Origin: an uncultured bacterium
Lineage (GTDB): Bacteria > Hinthialibacterota > Hinthialibacteria > Hinthialibacterales > Hinthialibacteraceae
Assembly: GCA_964419335.1 (NCBI GenBank)
Contig: CAYQOX010000001.1
Location: 200,654-264,653 of the forward strand
Length of the DNA stretch: 64,000 nucleotides
Direction of reading: 5' to 3'
A program made the translations under genes and the position numbers. Position 1 is the first letter of the stretch. The number at the start of each line of letters is the position of its first letter. Positions 18,992 to 29,323 of this stretch are shown here, piece by piece. A model generated the notes under the pieces. The model did not search any database, had not been told where the DNA came from, and worked only from the letters and a program-made list of their open reading frames with translations.

Positions 18992-20020
18992 TCATTGTTG
19001 GTTAAGGATTATGAGATTTTGGACTTCTTCAATGAGAAAATGATAGGTGGAACCATTGTCAGAACGGAAAATAAGGCGTCCTGCTTCATCAATGCCAAGC
19101 GTCGTTCCTGTCATGGGTTGGCCTAAGCGTCGAAGGGATACTCGTTGTCCCAAAGTGAGAGAGTATTTCTTCCAATAAGCGCGCAGTGTTTCTCCCCGGT
19201 CGGAGAGCAATGAGTGCCACAAGGCTTCCCAGGTGGTTCCACATTGAGCGATAAGAAGATCACGCATCCATTCTTCCTGACGTTGTTCTAAGAGCGAGGT
19301 GGTGATAGGTCGCTGATCTTGAGGCCAATCATTCGCTTGACTGGTTACATTGAATCCCAAACTAATCAGAAGGGTACGGGTTTGTAAATCCTTTTCCACA
19401 AGTACCCCACCGATTTTTTTGTTATGAATCATCAGATCATTTGGCCATTTAATGGTAACCGGGAGGTGATAAGCGGTGTCTAACACTCGAGCCACGGCTG
19501 TGGCGGCGTAGAGAGAAAGTAGGGAAGGTGTAGGTTCCCACTCGGTTAATTTGAGGAGAAAGGTGAGGAGAATATCTTTTCCTTTTTGAGAGATCCATGG
19601 ATTTCCCTGACGCCCTCGACCTTGGGATTGATAATTAGCAAGGACGAGATGGCCGTGTATCCCGCGTTGATCCATGAGTTGTTTGGCATAATCAATGGTA
19701 GAAGTAATTTCATCAAAGTAAGAGATTGTTCTTCCCCACCACTGGGTTTCCAGCCGAGCGGCGATGACATCGGGATGGAGAGAAGAATGGTTGGGATCAT
19801 AGAAATAGTGGGTTGGGTCATATGATTTAATACGCAGCCCTTCGTTTTGCAAAGTAATAATGGTTTCGATGACTGTGTCAGGAGAAAGATTCGATTTTTG
19901 GGTTAACTCTTCCAAACTGAAGTGGCGAAGAGGATGTTCAATCATAACCCGCAAGAGGGCGGTTTTGGTTTCGGTGTTAATCAAGGCGTTCTCAGGATGG
20001 GTGGTTAAAAAATTAGGCAT
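18992..20020 (-). CDS. birA: Bifunctional biotin--[acetyl-CoA-carboxylase] ligase / repressor BirA
   Basis: GRGRQGNPWIS biotin-adenylate motif, with an N-terminal winged-helix extension. 6-nt gap after rarA on the same strand. Confidence 0.8.
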   Translation of the reverse strand: MPNFLTTHPENALINTETKTALLRVMIEHPLRHFSLEELTQKSNLSPDTVIETIITLQNEGLRIKSYDPTHYFYDPNHSSLHPDVIAARLETQWWGRTISYFDEITSTIDYAKQLMDQRGIHGHLVLANYQSQGRGRQGNPWISQKGKDILLTFLLKLTEWEPTPSLLSLYAATAVARVLDTAYHLPVTIKWPNDLMIHNKKIGGVLVEKDLQTRTLLISLGFNVTSQANDWPQDQRPITTSLLEQRQEEWMRDLLIAQCGTTWEALWHSLLSDRGETLRAYWKKYSLTLGQRVSLRRLGQPMTGTTLGIDEAGRLIFRSDNGSTYHFLIEEVQNLIILNQQ

Positions 20021-20026
20021 GGTCTT

Positions 20027-21400
20027 TTATGAATCTTTTTGAGAGGAACGACGTTGTTTAGCCAATTCTTTCCAATAGTCCATTCGTTCCTGGATTTGTT
20101 TTTCTCGTCCACGATCTGTTGGTTCATAGAATATGAAGCCTTTGAGCGAATCAGGCAAGTGCTCTTGGGCAGAAAAAGCGTTTTCTTGATCGTGAGCATA
20201 TTCGTAATGTTGGCCGTAGCCAAGGTCTTTCATAAACCTGGTAGGGGCATTGCGGATATGATGGGGTACCGGAAGATAGCCGTATTGATGGACAGCCGCT
20301 TTGGCTTTATTGAAAGCGGCATATATGGCATTGCTTTTGGGTGCTGTAGCACAATAGACGGCTGCTTGAGCGAGTGCCAGTTCACCTTCGGGGCTGCCGA
20401 GTGTATGGTAAGCGTCACGTGCAGAAAGGGATAGCAAGAGCGCGTTGGAGTCGGCAAGACCAATGTCTTCGGAGGCAAAACGAATGATGCGGCGGGCAAT
20501 GTATAGAGGGTCTTCGCCCGCTTCGAGCATACGCGCTAACCAATACAGCGTTGCTTGAGGATCGCTGTCACGCATGCTTTTATGCAGGGCGGAGATGAGA
20601 TTGTAGTGCTCTTCGCCTTTTTTATCGTAGAGGATACGTTTTTCTTGAATGGCTTGGGCGGCATTTTCTGGAGTGAGATGGAGAGGCTTGTTTTGCGCTT
20701 CAAGATATTCAATCACCCGCTGCAACATATTAAGCGCAACACGACCATCTCCATGAGAAACAAAAATGATTCGGTCTAGGGCTTCATTTTCATATTGAAT
20801 GTTGCGTCCATCCTGGTTAAGGAGTTCAATACCGTGTAACAAAATGCGGCGTAAGTGTTCGTCTTCGAGCGTAGACAAGGTGAAGACCGTCAAACGCGAG
20901 AGCAAAGCACCAATCACTTCGAACGATGGATTTTCTGTGGTGGCGCCGATAAGGGTAATGAGACCAGATTCTACGTGAGGCAGCAATGCATCTTGCTGGC
21001 TTTTGTTCCAACGGTGAATTTCGTCGATAAAGAGAATGGTTTCCGTGCCCTGGTGTTGGATTGATTCTCGGGCTTGGTTGATAATTTGGCGTAAATCCTT
21101 GATTCCGCTGTCGGTAGCGGAAAGGGTGAGAAATTGAGATTGTGTTAATCGGGCAAGCAGGCGAGCCAAAGTGGTTTTTCCACTTCCTGGAGGGCCCCAA
21201 AGAATCATGGAAGGGATACGATCGCGTTCAATGGCTTTGCGTAGAGGTTTTCCGGGGCCGAGAATCTCTTCTTGGCCGAAGAATTGATCAAAGGTTTCTG
21301 GCCGGCAGCGTTCAGCCAGAGGAATGTGTTCTGAAGAAATACGAGGTGTATCGCAATTCTCTGCTTGAAAAAAGGAACCTTGTTTGATTTCGTCATTCAT
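20027..21400 (-). CDS. rarA: Replication-associated recombination protein A (AAA+ ATPase RarA/MgsA)
   Basis: Walker A GPPGSGKTTLARLLA, Walker B ILFIDEIHRWNK, C-terminal MgsA helical domain. 457 aa. Confidence 0.85.
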   Translation of the reverse strand: MNDEIKQGSFFQAENCDTPRISSEHIPLAERCRPETFDQFFGQEEILGPGKPLRKAIERDRIPSMILWGPPGSGKTTLARLLARLTQSQFLTLSATDSGIKDLRQIINQARESIQHQGTETILFIDEIHRWNKSQQDALLPHVESGLITLIGATTENPSFEVIGALLSRLTVFTLSTLEDEHLRRILLHGIELLNQDGRNIQYENEALDRIIFVSHGDGRVALNMLQRVIEYLEAQNKPLHLTPENAAQAIQEKRILYDKKGEEHYNLISALHKSMRDSDPQATLYWLARMLEAGEDPLYIARRIIRFASEDIGLADSNALLLSLSARDAYHTLGSPEGELALAQAAVYCATAPKSNAIYAAFNKAKAAVHQYGYLPVPHHIRNAPTRFMKDLGYGQHYEYAHDQENAFSAQEHLPDSLKGFIFYEPTDRGREKQIQERMDYWKELAKQRRSSQKDS

Positions 21401-21587
21401 GGCAAGGTGCTTTCAGAGTACAATGACTTTTATTAAAATAGCTAGCGCTAAGGATTAATGAATACGATTACGTAAGGTGAAGTTTCCTCTACAAGTTCAA
21501 GAGTACGGCTTTTCTTATAATAATAACTGTCTCGTTCACGAAGAAAAGGCATTTCTAATTGCATCGATAAAAAAAGGTCTTGAATCA

Positions 21588-22184
21588 ATGAGTGATTTGT
21601 TACAAATAAGAGATTCATTTTATACTTTCATCCAACGCTATGTGGACGAGGTTCATGATATCATCACCAATCCCCGAGACTTTTTTATTCGCGATGCCGA
21701 ACGCTCAGGTTTTCTAGAACCGGCTACCTTCGCAGCGTTTAATTTATTAATCCCGAAGTTATTTTATGCCTTGCTTTTGGCGCCTCTGACTTTAGGCTTA
21801 TCGCTGTTAACGATTCTACCTTCTATTTTATATGGAACCTGTTTACTTTTCGTGGCAGCAATCGTTTTATATATTATATTGCGTTATATGGGCGGCGCTC
21901 AGGATTTTGAAACGATTTACCGCAATGTAGCCTATTCCAGCGTTGCCTATTATGCATGGTTGTTGCCGATCCCATTTTTGAATTTACTGTTATTTACCCT
22001 AGGGTTTTGCACACTCTTGTTTTTTGCTATTCGGGAAGTGCATGGATTGGATACGCAGCGCACCCTGATTGTTTTATCGGCTCCCGCTTTTCTGATTTTA
22101 TTGACGGGAGCGATTCTATCAATCATCACCATCTGGGTGATGGTGAGTGGAGCATTGAAACTGGTACACTATTTTTATCCATAA
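21588..22184 (+). CDS. Hypothetical integral membrane protein (Yip1-like, 4-5 TM)
   Basis: ORF 21477..22184 trimmed to ATG 21588 (MSDLLQIRDSF). Multiple hydrophobic helices. Family assignment is tentative. Confidence 0.4.
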   Translation: MSDLLQIRDSFYTFIQRYVDEVHDIITNPRDFFIRDAERSGFLEPATFAAFNLLIPKLFYALLLAPLTLGLSLLTILPSILYGTCLLFVAAIVLYIILRYMGGAQDFETIYRNVAYSSVAYYAWLLPIPFLNLLLFTLGFCTLLFFAIREVHGLDTQRTLIVLSAPAFLILLTGAILSIITIWVMVSGALKLVHYFYP

Positions 22185-22233
22185 ATATGATGAGAATAGA
22201 GGATTGAAAAAAAACATTTCAACAGGGGGTTCT

Positions 22234-23505
22234 ATGTATCGTCGTTTTTTCTTTTTGATGATTGGCTTTCTTTTGACTCCGTTGGGTTGGAGTGATGGGT
22301 TGTTGATTCCGATGGATGCGGAATCACAGACCGATCATTTAAAAGCATATGGTGTGACTTATTGGGCCTTAGAAGAGCCGCGGGTGTATAAGAGCGAGTG
22401 GTTATTAAATTACCGTGGCGGCTCTTTTTTGGTGTACGAAGTGGAAAACACACAAAAGCAAGCGGTAATGCAAGGGGTGACGGCTATCGAAGTCAGTGAC
22501 GCGGAAATCGAAGCCATTCACGAAGAAATACAAGAAAACAACATGGAAGTTATAACCTTAGAGAAAGCTCCCAAAGTGGCGGTGTATACTCCTCCTTCCA
22601 GTGACCCCTGGGATGACGCAGTAACCTTGGCCTTAGAGTATGCTGATATACCCTATGATAAGGTGTGGGATCCCGAAGTGCTTGGAGGTCAACTGGCGCA
22701 ATATGATTGGTTGCATTTGCATCATGAAGATTTCACGGGCCAATTTGGAAAATTTTATGGGAACTTTCGTTCGGCGCCATGGTATCAGGCCAAAGTAAGG
22801 CGATATCAACTAGCGGCTAAGGAGGCAGGATTTAATTCAGTGCAGGAACACAAGGGGGCTGTCGCGGCAGAAATCCGTAGTTATGTGGAGCAAGGCGGCT
22901 TTCTTTTTGCGATGTGTGCGGCTACAGATACGCTGGATATAGGTTTGGCCGCCCTGGGTATTGATATCGTGGCTTCTGAGATTGATGGCGATGGTTTAAC
23001 TCCAGGATACCAAGAGAAACTTGATTTTGATAATACATTCGCGTTTGAAGATTTTACTCTCGTTCCCGATCCGATGATTTATGAATATTCGGATATCGAT
23101 ACGAGTCCAAATCCCGTGACCGAGGGCGCGCGTTACCGGGCAGAAACTTTTGAATTATTCGAATTCTCGGCAAAATTTGATCCAGTCCCTACGATGCTTA
23201 CTCAAGATCATTCCTCTAATGTGAAAGATTTTCTGGGACAAACGACCGCTTTTCGTAAAAGCAAAATTAAGCCAAATGTCGTGATTTTAGCCGACTATTC
23301 CGGCGCGGGGGTAGCGAAGTACATCCACGGTGTAAAGGGAGAAGGAACATTTACCTTTCTTGGCGGTCATGATCCCGAGGATCCTCAGCATTTAGTCGGC
23401 GAAGAAGATACTGATTTGAGCCAGTATCCCAATTCGCCGGGATATCGCTTAATCCTAAACAATGTGCTGTTTCCCGCGGCTAAGAAAAAACCGCGTAAAA
23501 CATGA
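22234..23505 (+). CDS. Secreted hypothetical protein with class I glutamine-amidotransferase-like (DJ-1/ThuA-like) motif
   Basis: ORF track begins at a TTG (22204). ATG 22234 (MYRRFFFLMIGFLLTPLGWS, signal peptide) has an AGGGGG ribosome-binding site. GGFLFAMCAATDTL resembles the nucleophile elbow of GATase1-like folds. Confidence 0.45.
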   Translation: MYRRFFFLMIGFLLTPLGWSDGLLIPMDAESQTDHLKAYGVTYWALEEPRVYKSEWLLNYRGGSFLVYEVENTQKQAVMQGVTAIEVSDAEIEAIHEEIQENNMEVITLEKAPKVAVYTPPSSDPWDDAVTLALEYADIPYDKVWDPEVLGGQLAQYDWLHLHHEDFTGQFGKFYGNFRSAPWYQAKVRRYQLAAKEAGFNSVQEHKGAVAAEIRSYVEQGGFLFAMCAATDTLDIGLAALGIDIVASEIDGDGLTPGYQEKLDFDNTFAFEDFTLVPDPMIYEYSDIDTSPNPVTEGARYRAETFELFEFSAKFDPVPTMLTQDHSSNVKDFLGQTTAFRKSKIKPNVVILADYSGAGVAKYIHGVKGEGTFTFLGGHDPEDPQHLVGEEDTDLSQYPNSPGYRLILNNVLFPAAKKKPRKT

Positions 23506-25217
23506 GATGGATTCAATTTCGTCCGTTTATTATCATCTTACATGGAATGAGAGGCATTGGTTCTTCTTGTCCAATGCCTGGTTTGTTTCTGGTCTCTATA
23601 TTCATAACCTGTGCAGTGGAAGCACTCGCCGCTGATATTCTTTTCGAAGATGTAACAGAAAAGTCAGGAGTGAATTTCCAACACTATGATGGTTCTTCGG
23701 GACGCAAATATGTTATGGAAACCACATGCTCGGGGGTGGCCTTGTTTGATTATGATGGTGATGGCTGGTTGGATCTTTATTTCGTCAATGGAGCCAAACT
23801 CCCAGGAGCAACCCGAGCCATTTCTCCCACAAATAAGTTGTACAAAAACAATGGAGATATGACTTTCACAGATGTAACCGAGGAAGCCGGTGTGGGTGAC
23901 CGGGGTTATGGGTACGGATGTGTAGCCGCGGATTATGATAACGATGGAGATATGGATTTTTATGTCGTGAACTTTGGCCCGAATGTATTATACAGAAATC
24001 ATGGTGATGGAACCTTTACCGATGTGGCAAAAGAAGCAGGTGTTGATGATCCCCGGCAGGGGGCGGCGGCTTGTTTCATTGATATCGAAAATGATGGGGA
24101 TTTGGATTTATATGTGACCAATTATCTGGTCATCGATTATGAAAAACATAAAATCTGTTATCATGATCAATATCCCATTTATTGCTCACGTTTGGATTTC
24201 CCTTTCGAGAAAGATAGTTTATACCGCAACAATGGCGGCGGCACGTTTACGGATATCACCGAAGAAGCAGGTATGGATGCCCCCGCTTCAACGGGAATGT
24301 CGGTGGTTTGTACCGATTATGACAATAACGGATTCCAGGATTTATTCGTTGTGAATGATGCGCAGCCCAATTATTTCTTTCATAACCAGGGGGGGAGATT
24401 TGAAGAAGTATCGCTTTATACGGGAGTGGCTTATGATCTGAACGGGGATCCACAAGGTAATATGGGAGCGGATTTCAAGGATTATGATCATGACGGCTTT
24501 ATCGATTTGATTACTACTAATTATCAGGATCAAATGGTCGCGGTTTATCGTAATATCCAAGGTCAATTATTCCAGGATGTGAGTTTAGATACAAAGATCG
24601 GTCCCCCTACCGTGCCTCATGTGACATGGGGAACGGGATTTTATGACTTTGATTTAGACGGGTGGCGGGATTGTTTTGTAGCCGCAGGTCATTTACAGGA
24701 TAATGTGGATTTGTACGATAATACAACGAGTTATAAAGTCCAGAATTATTTATTTCATAACAAGGGAAAGGGAACATTCGAAAATATTTCGAAAACTTCT
24801 GGACCCGGATTGAAAATCAAAAAATCCAGCCGTGGGGCGGCGTTTGGCGATCTCGATAATGATGGCGATATCGATATTGTCATTAACAACGCTCGAGAGC
24901 GGGCAGATATCTTGGAAAATGTGACTAAGACGGAAAACCATTGGCTCTTAATCCATCCCGTGGGCATCCAGAGCAACCGTAATGGGGTGGGAGCGAGAAT
25001 TACGATCCGGGGTGGAGGCTTGAAACAGATTGATGATGTGCGAGCTGGAGGCACCTATGCAGGGATGAATGATCTTCGCGTTCATTTTGGCTTGGGAAAG
25101 GTGGATACGATTGATGAATTGATGATATCCTGGCCTAGCGGTACAGTGGATAGAATAAGAGATGTAGCCGCTGATCAGATCTTGATGGTAACGGAAGGGA
25201 TGTCCGTCAAACAATAA
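23502..25217 (+). CDS. CRTAC1-family protein (FG-GAP/VCBS repeats + ASPIC/UnbV C-terminal domain)
   Basis: Repeated FDYDGDGWLDLYFVNG-type calcium-binding repeats and C-terminal NDLRVHFGLG ASPIC/UnbV block. ATGA overlap with the upstream gene. The signal peptide may start at internal MPGLFLVS (23574). Confidence 0.75.
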   Translation: MRWIQFRPFIIILHGMRGIGSSCPMPGLFLVSIFITCAVEALAADILFEDVTEKSGVNFQHYDGSSGRKYVMETTCSGVALFDYDGDGWLDLYFVNGAKLPGATRAISPTNKLYKNNGDMTFTDVTEEAGVGDRGYGYGCVAADYDNDGDMDFYVVNFGPNVLYRNHGDGTFTDVAKEAGVDDPRQGAAACFIDIENDGDLDLYVTNYLVIDYEKHKICYHDQYPIYCSRLDFPFEKDSLYRNNGGGTFTDITEEAGMDAPASTGMSVVCTDYDNNGFQDLFVVNDAQPNYFFHNQGGRFEEVSLYTGVAYDLNGDPQGNMGADFKDYDHDGFIDLITTNYQDQMVAVYRNIQGQLFQDVSLDTKIGPPTVPHVTWGTGFYDFDLDGWRDCFVAAGHLQDNVDLYDNTTSYKVQNYLFHNKGKGTFENISKTSGPGLKIKKSSRGAAFGDLDNDGDIDIVINNARERADILENVTKTENHWLLIHPVGIQSNRNGVGARITIRGGGLKQIDDVRAGGTYAGMNDLRVHFGLGKVDTIDELMISWPSGTVDRIRDVAADQILMVTEGMSVKQ

Positions 25218-25232
25218 ACGGGGATAAGGATC

Positions 25233-26372
25233 ATGAAGATTCAAACGATGCTCGGTAGGGTACTCGTGCTGCTCATGGCAACGATTGCTTCAGCCTCATC
25301 CGACACCCTCGAGGAGCAATTAAATAAGGCTCAAACTTTATTCGAGCGAGATGATTTTGAGCAGGCTTTGGAAATCTATGATCATATTTTGGATGCAACT
25401 CCGGTCAGCAAAGAGGCCCGAATTGGCAAGGCACGTTGTTTATCACGCTTGGATCGACGCTCGCTGGCCATGCAGGAAATCAATGAAGTGCTAAAGCGTG
25501 ATCCTGAGGATCGGGATGCCCTTTTGGCCAAGGGCTCGAACCTGGCGCGAATGGGAAATCACGATCAAGCGATCTTTCTATTTAAACAAATTTTGAAGAA
25601 ATATCCCGACGATATTTATGCATGGTACAATCTTGGCACCTCCCAAAGGGAAGTGAATCAGCATAATGAAGCCTTGGAAAGTTTTTATAAAGTTCGTGAT
25701 TTGCATAAACAAAATGAAGCCGAGTTTTCACGTGAATTACGTGCTCTACTCCATTATCAGATGGGGTTGATTTTTATGAATCAACAAGAATTTCAAGAGG
25801 CAAAAGATTCTTTACATGAGGCAATCGAGATCGCTCCCTGGTTAGAAAATGCGCGTTATCAATTAGGGATGGCTTATGCGCGATTGGGAGATACCGAGAA
25901 AAGTCGCGAATGGCTTGATTCCTTCCAAGAACTTAAAAACACACGAAATAAAATTGATCGAATGAAACGCCTTGCTAGCAAGCATCCCCAAGCGGCCACC
26001 CCCTATATTGGAATGGGACAACTTTATTTATCTATTGAAAATTTGAAAAAAGCTCAATCCTCATTGGTACGAGCGCTGGAACGCGATGAGAACAATCCTC
26101 ATGCTTTGACTTATATGGGGTTTCTTTATCTGAAAACCGATCAAACGGATCAGGCAAGAGATCTGTTCGAGGCGGCTTTGCAATCCGATCCACGTAATGC
26201 GTTGGCATTGGTTAACCTGGGTTCGCTGGAAATGAAAGAAGAAAATTTTGAGGCTGCCGAAGAGTATTACCGCCGCGCTTTACAGATTCAGCCCAACTTT
26301 CGTCCAGCCCGGCAGGGCTATCAGCAACTCCAACAAATGAAAGCGAATATACAGAATCGCACTGAGCCATGA
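25233..26372 (+). CDS. Secreted tetratricopeptide-repeat protein
   Basis: Signal peptide MLGRVLVLLMATIASASS followed by multiple 34-residue repeats with the W/LG-Y-A-F-A-P TPR pattern. Confidence 0.7.
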   Translation: MKIQTMLGRVLVLLMATIASASSDTLEEQLNKAQTLFERDDFEQALEIYDHILDATPVSKEARIGKARCLSRLDRRSLAMQEINEVLKRDPEDRDALLAKGSNLARMGNHDQAIFLFKQILKKYPDDIYAWYNLGTSQREVNQHNEALESFYKVRDLHKQNEAEFSRELRALLHYQMGLIFMNQQEFQEAKDSLHEAIEIAPWLENARYQLGMAYARLGDTEKSREWLDSFQELKNTRNKIDRMKRLASKHPQAATPYIGMGQLYLSIENLKKAQSSLVRALERDENNPHALTYMGFLYLKTDQTDQARDLFEAALQSDPRNALALVNLGSLEMKEENFEAAEEYYRRALQIQPNFRPARQGYQQLQQMKANIQNRTEP

Positions 26373-26481
26373 ATGCTCTGCTTGCTTGAATGATTTGGCG
26401 TGATAGGATTATGAGTTCACCGTTTGTGGATGGAATAGACTCTTTTTACATTATCGTAATTCATTAAAGGGTAAATAAACG

Positions 26482-27429
26482 ATGGCAAGAACTTTAATCA
26501 CTGGTGGAGCGGGTTTTCTTGGATCGCATTTGGCTGACTTGCTTTTAGCAAGCGGCCATGAAGTGATTTGTATGGATAACTTAATTACGGGCAGTATGAC
26601 CAACATTGAGCATCTTTTTGGTAAAGACAGTTTTCTTTTTATTCACCATGATGTCACGAACTTTGTGCATGTTCCTGGACCGATCGATAATATTTTGCAC
26701 TTCGCTTCTCCGGCGAGTCCCATCGATTATTTGAAACTCCCAATTCAGACTCTCAAAGTGGGATCATTGGGAACCCATAAAGCCTTGGGATTGGCGAAAG
26801 AGAAAAATGCCCGATTTTTATTGGCCTCGACCTCAGAAGTGTATGGTGATCCCTTGGTTCATCCTCAACCGGAAGACTATTGGGGCAATGTGAATCCCAT
26901 AGGACCCCGTGGAGTCTATGACGAAGCCAAACGCTTTGCAGAAGCGATCACGATGGCCTATTATCGATACCATGGCGTAGAGACGCGTATTGTCCGCATT
27001 TTCAATACCTATGGGCCGAGAATGCGGGTTCAGGATGGACGAGTGGTTTCGACCTTTATCACCCAGGCTTTAAAAGGTGAACCGCTCACTTGTTTTGGCA
27101 ATGGAAACCAAACACGTTCGTTTTGCTATGTCTCTGATGAAGTGCGGGGAATCATCAAACTGCTAGAATCCGATATCGTCACACCTACCAATATTGGAAA
27201 TCCTCATGAAATGACGGTTAAAGAACTGGCTGAAATGGTGTTGGAATTGACTGCATCGAAAAGTGAAATTGAATATAAAAAATTACCGGAGGATGATCCT
27301 CGAGTACGACAGCCAGATATTGGTAAAGCGAGAGAAAAGTTGGGATGGGAACCGGAAATTTCTCTGCGGGATGGTTTAAGTAAAACGATCGAGTATTTTA
27401 AAAAGGTCTTGGATTTAAGGGGAGTTTGA
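26482..27429 (+). CDS. UDP-glucuronate decarboxylase (UDP-xylose synthase), SDR family
   Basis: [26 protein letters not shown] catalytic triad region and 315-aa length match UXS/ArnA-decarboxylase-type enzymes. Confidence 0.8.
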   Translation: MARTLITGGAGFLGSHLADLLLASGHEVICMDNLITGSMTNIEHLFGKDSFLFIHHDVTNFVHVPGPIDNILHFASPASPIDYLKLPIQTLKVGSLGTHKALGLAKEKNARFLLASTSEVYGDPLVHPQPEDYWGNVNPIGPRGVYDEAKRFAEAITMAYYRYHGVETRIVRIFNTYGPRMRVQDGRVVSTFITQALKGEPLTCFGNGNQTRSFCYVSDEVRGIIKLLESDIVTPTNIGNPHEMTVKELAEMVLELTASKSEIEYKKLPEDDPRVRQPDIGKAREKLGWEPEISLRDGLSKTIEYFKKVLDLRGV

Positions 27430-28035
27430 TTTTTGGAATTGGAGAAGTTGGATTCCACCTTCTCTTCGCCGTATAGAAGGATGGTCGACGATATACGTAA
27501 TCTCGAAGAAAAAATCTTCTTTGAGCGCGGCGGCTTCTTGAAAGCGTTTTTTAGGAAAAACGAGATGGAAGCGGCCTGTAGGTTTGAGTAGGTTGTTAAC
27601 GCATTGGAAAAGATCTTTCAACGTAAGTTGATCGTCTCTTCGCGCCCAGCGTTGGGTTTGACTTTGTGCAGGACGATGGGATGCATGCGGAAAAAAGGGC
27701 GGATTGCTCACAATAAGGTCGAATTGTTTATTGAAAAAAGGCGAGCGCGCTGCGTTCCATACAAAAAAGAAAACATCGTTTAGGATTTTACCCCATTGTT
27801 TATGAAATTGTTCTTTCCAATGACTTGCTTCCACGATGCGTTCGTATTGTAAATCGATCCCTACCAAGGTGCCATGATCCGGGTATTTCCAAGCGAGAAG
27901 CAAAGTGATAAAACCATTACCGCAACCAATGTCAAGCATATCTTCGCCGGGTTGCAGGGGAGAGAAATCAGCCAGCCGCTGAGGTTCGATGGAAGGTCGC
28001 AGTTGATCAAACCACAAGGGGCGGTCTTCGATCAC
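27415..28035 (-). CDS. SAM-dependent N6-adenine-type methyltransferase (TrmN6/YfiC-like, NPPF motif)
   Basis: [17 protein letters not shown] motif and LIVSNPPFF catalytic motif. 3' end overlaps the convergent uxs gene by 15 nt. Confidence 0.6.
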   Translation of the reverse strand: MIEDRPLWFDQLRPSIEPQRLADFSPLQPGEDMLDIGCGNGFITLLLAWKYPDHGTLVGIDLQYERIVEASHWKEQFHKQWGKILNDVFFFVWNAARSPFFNKQFDLIVSNPPFFPHASHRPAQSQTQRWARRDDQLTLKDLFQCVNNLLKPTGRFHLVFPKKRFQEAAALKEDFFFEITYIVDHPSIRRREGGIQLLQFQKSNSP

Positions 28036-28037
28036 GG

Positions 28038-29147
28038 TTAAGCGAGTCCCCGTTCGGAAAGTTCTTGCGAAGCCTGTTCAAACAAATCCACGGCTTCAGT
28101 GGTACGTGACCATTCCACCAATTCTTCCAGGCCCGAGCGCAAATCGACTTTTGGTTTAAATCCTAGTTTATTCTGGATTTTGTTAATATCCGCATAGCAA
28201 TGGCGAGTATCGCCTTTGCGGTATTGTCCTGTGATTTCGGGTTGGATGGAGGTGTTATAAACCTCTGCCAACAGATGGGCAACTTCCTTAATGGAGGTTG
28301 GAATGCCGGTGCCGACATTGAAGACTTCGCCGTTGGCTTCTTCCATTTCCATCGCAAGGAGATTCGCTTGGACGATATCATGGACGGAGATAAAATCCCG
28401 GGTTTGCAGACCCTCTTCATAGATAACAGGTGGTTTCCCATTCGCCAAGCGGCTCATGAAAATAGCGAGAACTCCCGTATAAGGATTCGAGAGCGATTGT
28501 CGTGGTCCATACACATTAAAATAGCGCAAAGCCACAGCGGGTATCCCGTAGGTTTTTCCGATGCTCAACACCATGTCTTCTTGATCGCGTTTGTTGAGCG
28601 CATAGATGGCTTGGCAATCCAAACTCGCGGTTTCGGGGGTGGCTACCGGCTTCATGACTTTTCCCGTAGGTGAGAGATACTCCCATTGCTTTTGTTTTAA
28701 TTGCTCTTCCGGCCGGAAATCGGCTTTGATGACACCTCGTTCGGGACACTCGCAACAGCCCTCTCCATAACTGGATTGCGAGGCGGCAACGATAAGTTTT
28801 TGGACTGAGTGCTTGGTGTTCACAAGTAAATCAAGCAGGTTGGCGGTACCGCTGACATTAACATCCACGTAATGCTTGATTTTGTACATCGATTGTCCCA
28901 TACCCACCGCGGCGGCTTCGTGAAAGATGATTTCCTGTCCCTCGATCGCTTGTTTCAACGCCTCTATAGCGCGTATATCGCCTTGGATAAATTCTGCTTG
29001 TGGATTGAGATACTCGGGAGGCTTTCCTTGTGGGTGGACTTGTGGATCTAAGGAATCAAAGATGCGGACTGTGTGTCCACGACGAATGAGTTCGTCAACA
29101 ATGTATGAACCAATAAATCCTGCGCCGCCGGTAACGAGTACTTTCAT
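28038..29147 (-). CDS. NAD-dependent nucleoside-diphosphate-sugar epimerase/dehydratase (extended SDR) with Cys-rich insertion
   Basis: MKVLVTGGAGFIGSYIVDEL, YxxxK region (YALNKRDQE) and an inserted YGEGCCECPERG segment. Confidence 0.7.
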   Translation of the reverse strand: MKVLVTGGAGFIGSYIVDELIRRGHTVRIFDSLDPQVHPQGKPPEYLNPQAEFIQGDIRAIEALKQAIEGQEIIFHEAAAVGMGQSMYKIKHYVDVNVSGTANLLDLLVNTKHSVQKLIVAASQSSYGEGCCECPERGVIKADFRPEEQLKQKQWEYLSPTGKVMKPVATPETASLDCQAIYALNKRDQEDMVLSIGKTYGIPAVALRYFNVYGPRQSLSNPYTGVLAIFMSRLANGKPPVIYEEGLQTRDFISVHDIVQANLLAMEMEEANGEVFNVGTGIPTSIKEVAHLLAEVYNTSIQPEITGQYRKGDTRHCYADINKIQNKLGFKPKVDLRSGLEELVEWSRTTEAVDLFEQASQELSERGLA

Positions 29148-29323
29148 GGATGCGATTCCCTTCCGTATGTGGTTGACTAAGAAAATTATTTTAGCATAAA
29201 CGAGGCATGAAACGAATACGGGTCTTCAGGAAGGTTAAATGAGAATTACAATTATAATTTGTTAGTACCATATTATTTATGGATAAATCACCTCCACCAT
29301 GAGTAGAAATTGAGGACGGTTGA

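Noticed and set aside
22204-22233. TTG start used by the ORF track for the secreted protein
   Set aside because: ATG at 22234 has a strong AGGGGG ribosome-binding site and begins the signal peptide. The TTG extension adds only a non-hydrophobic MKKNISTGGS prefix.
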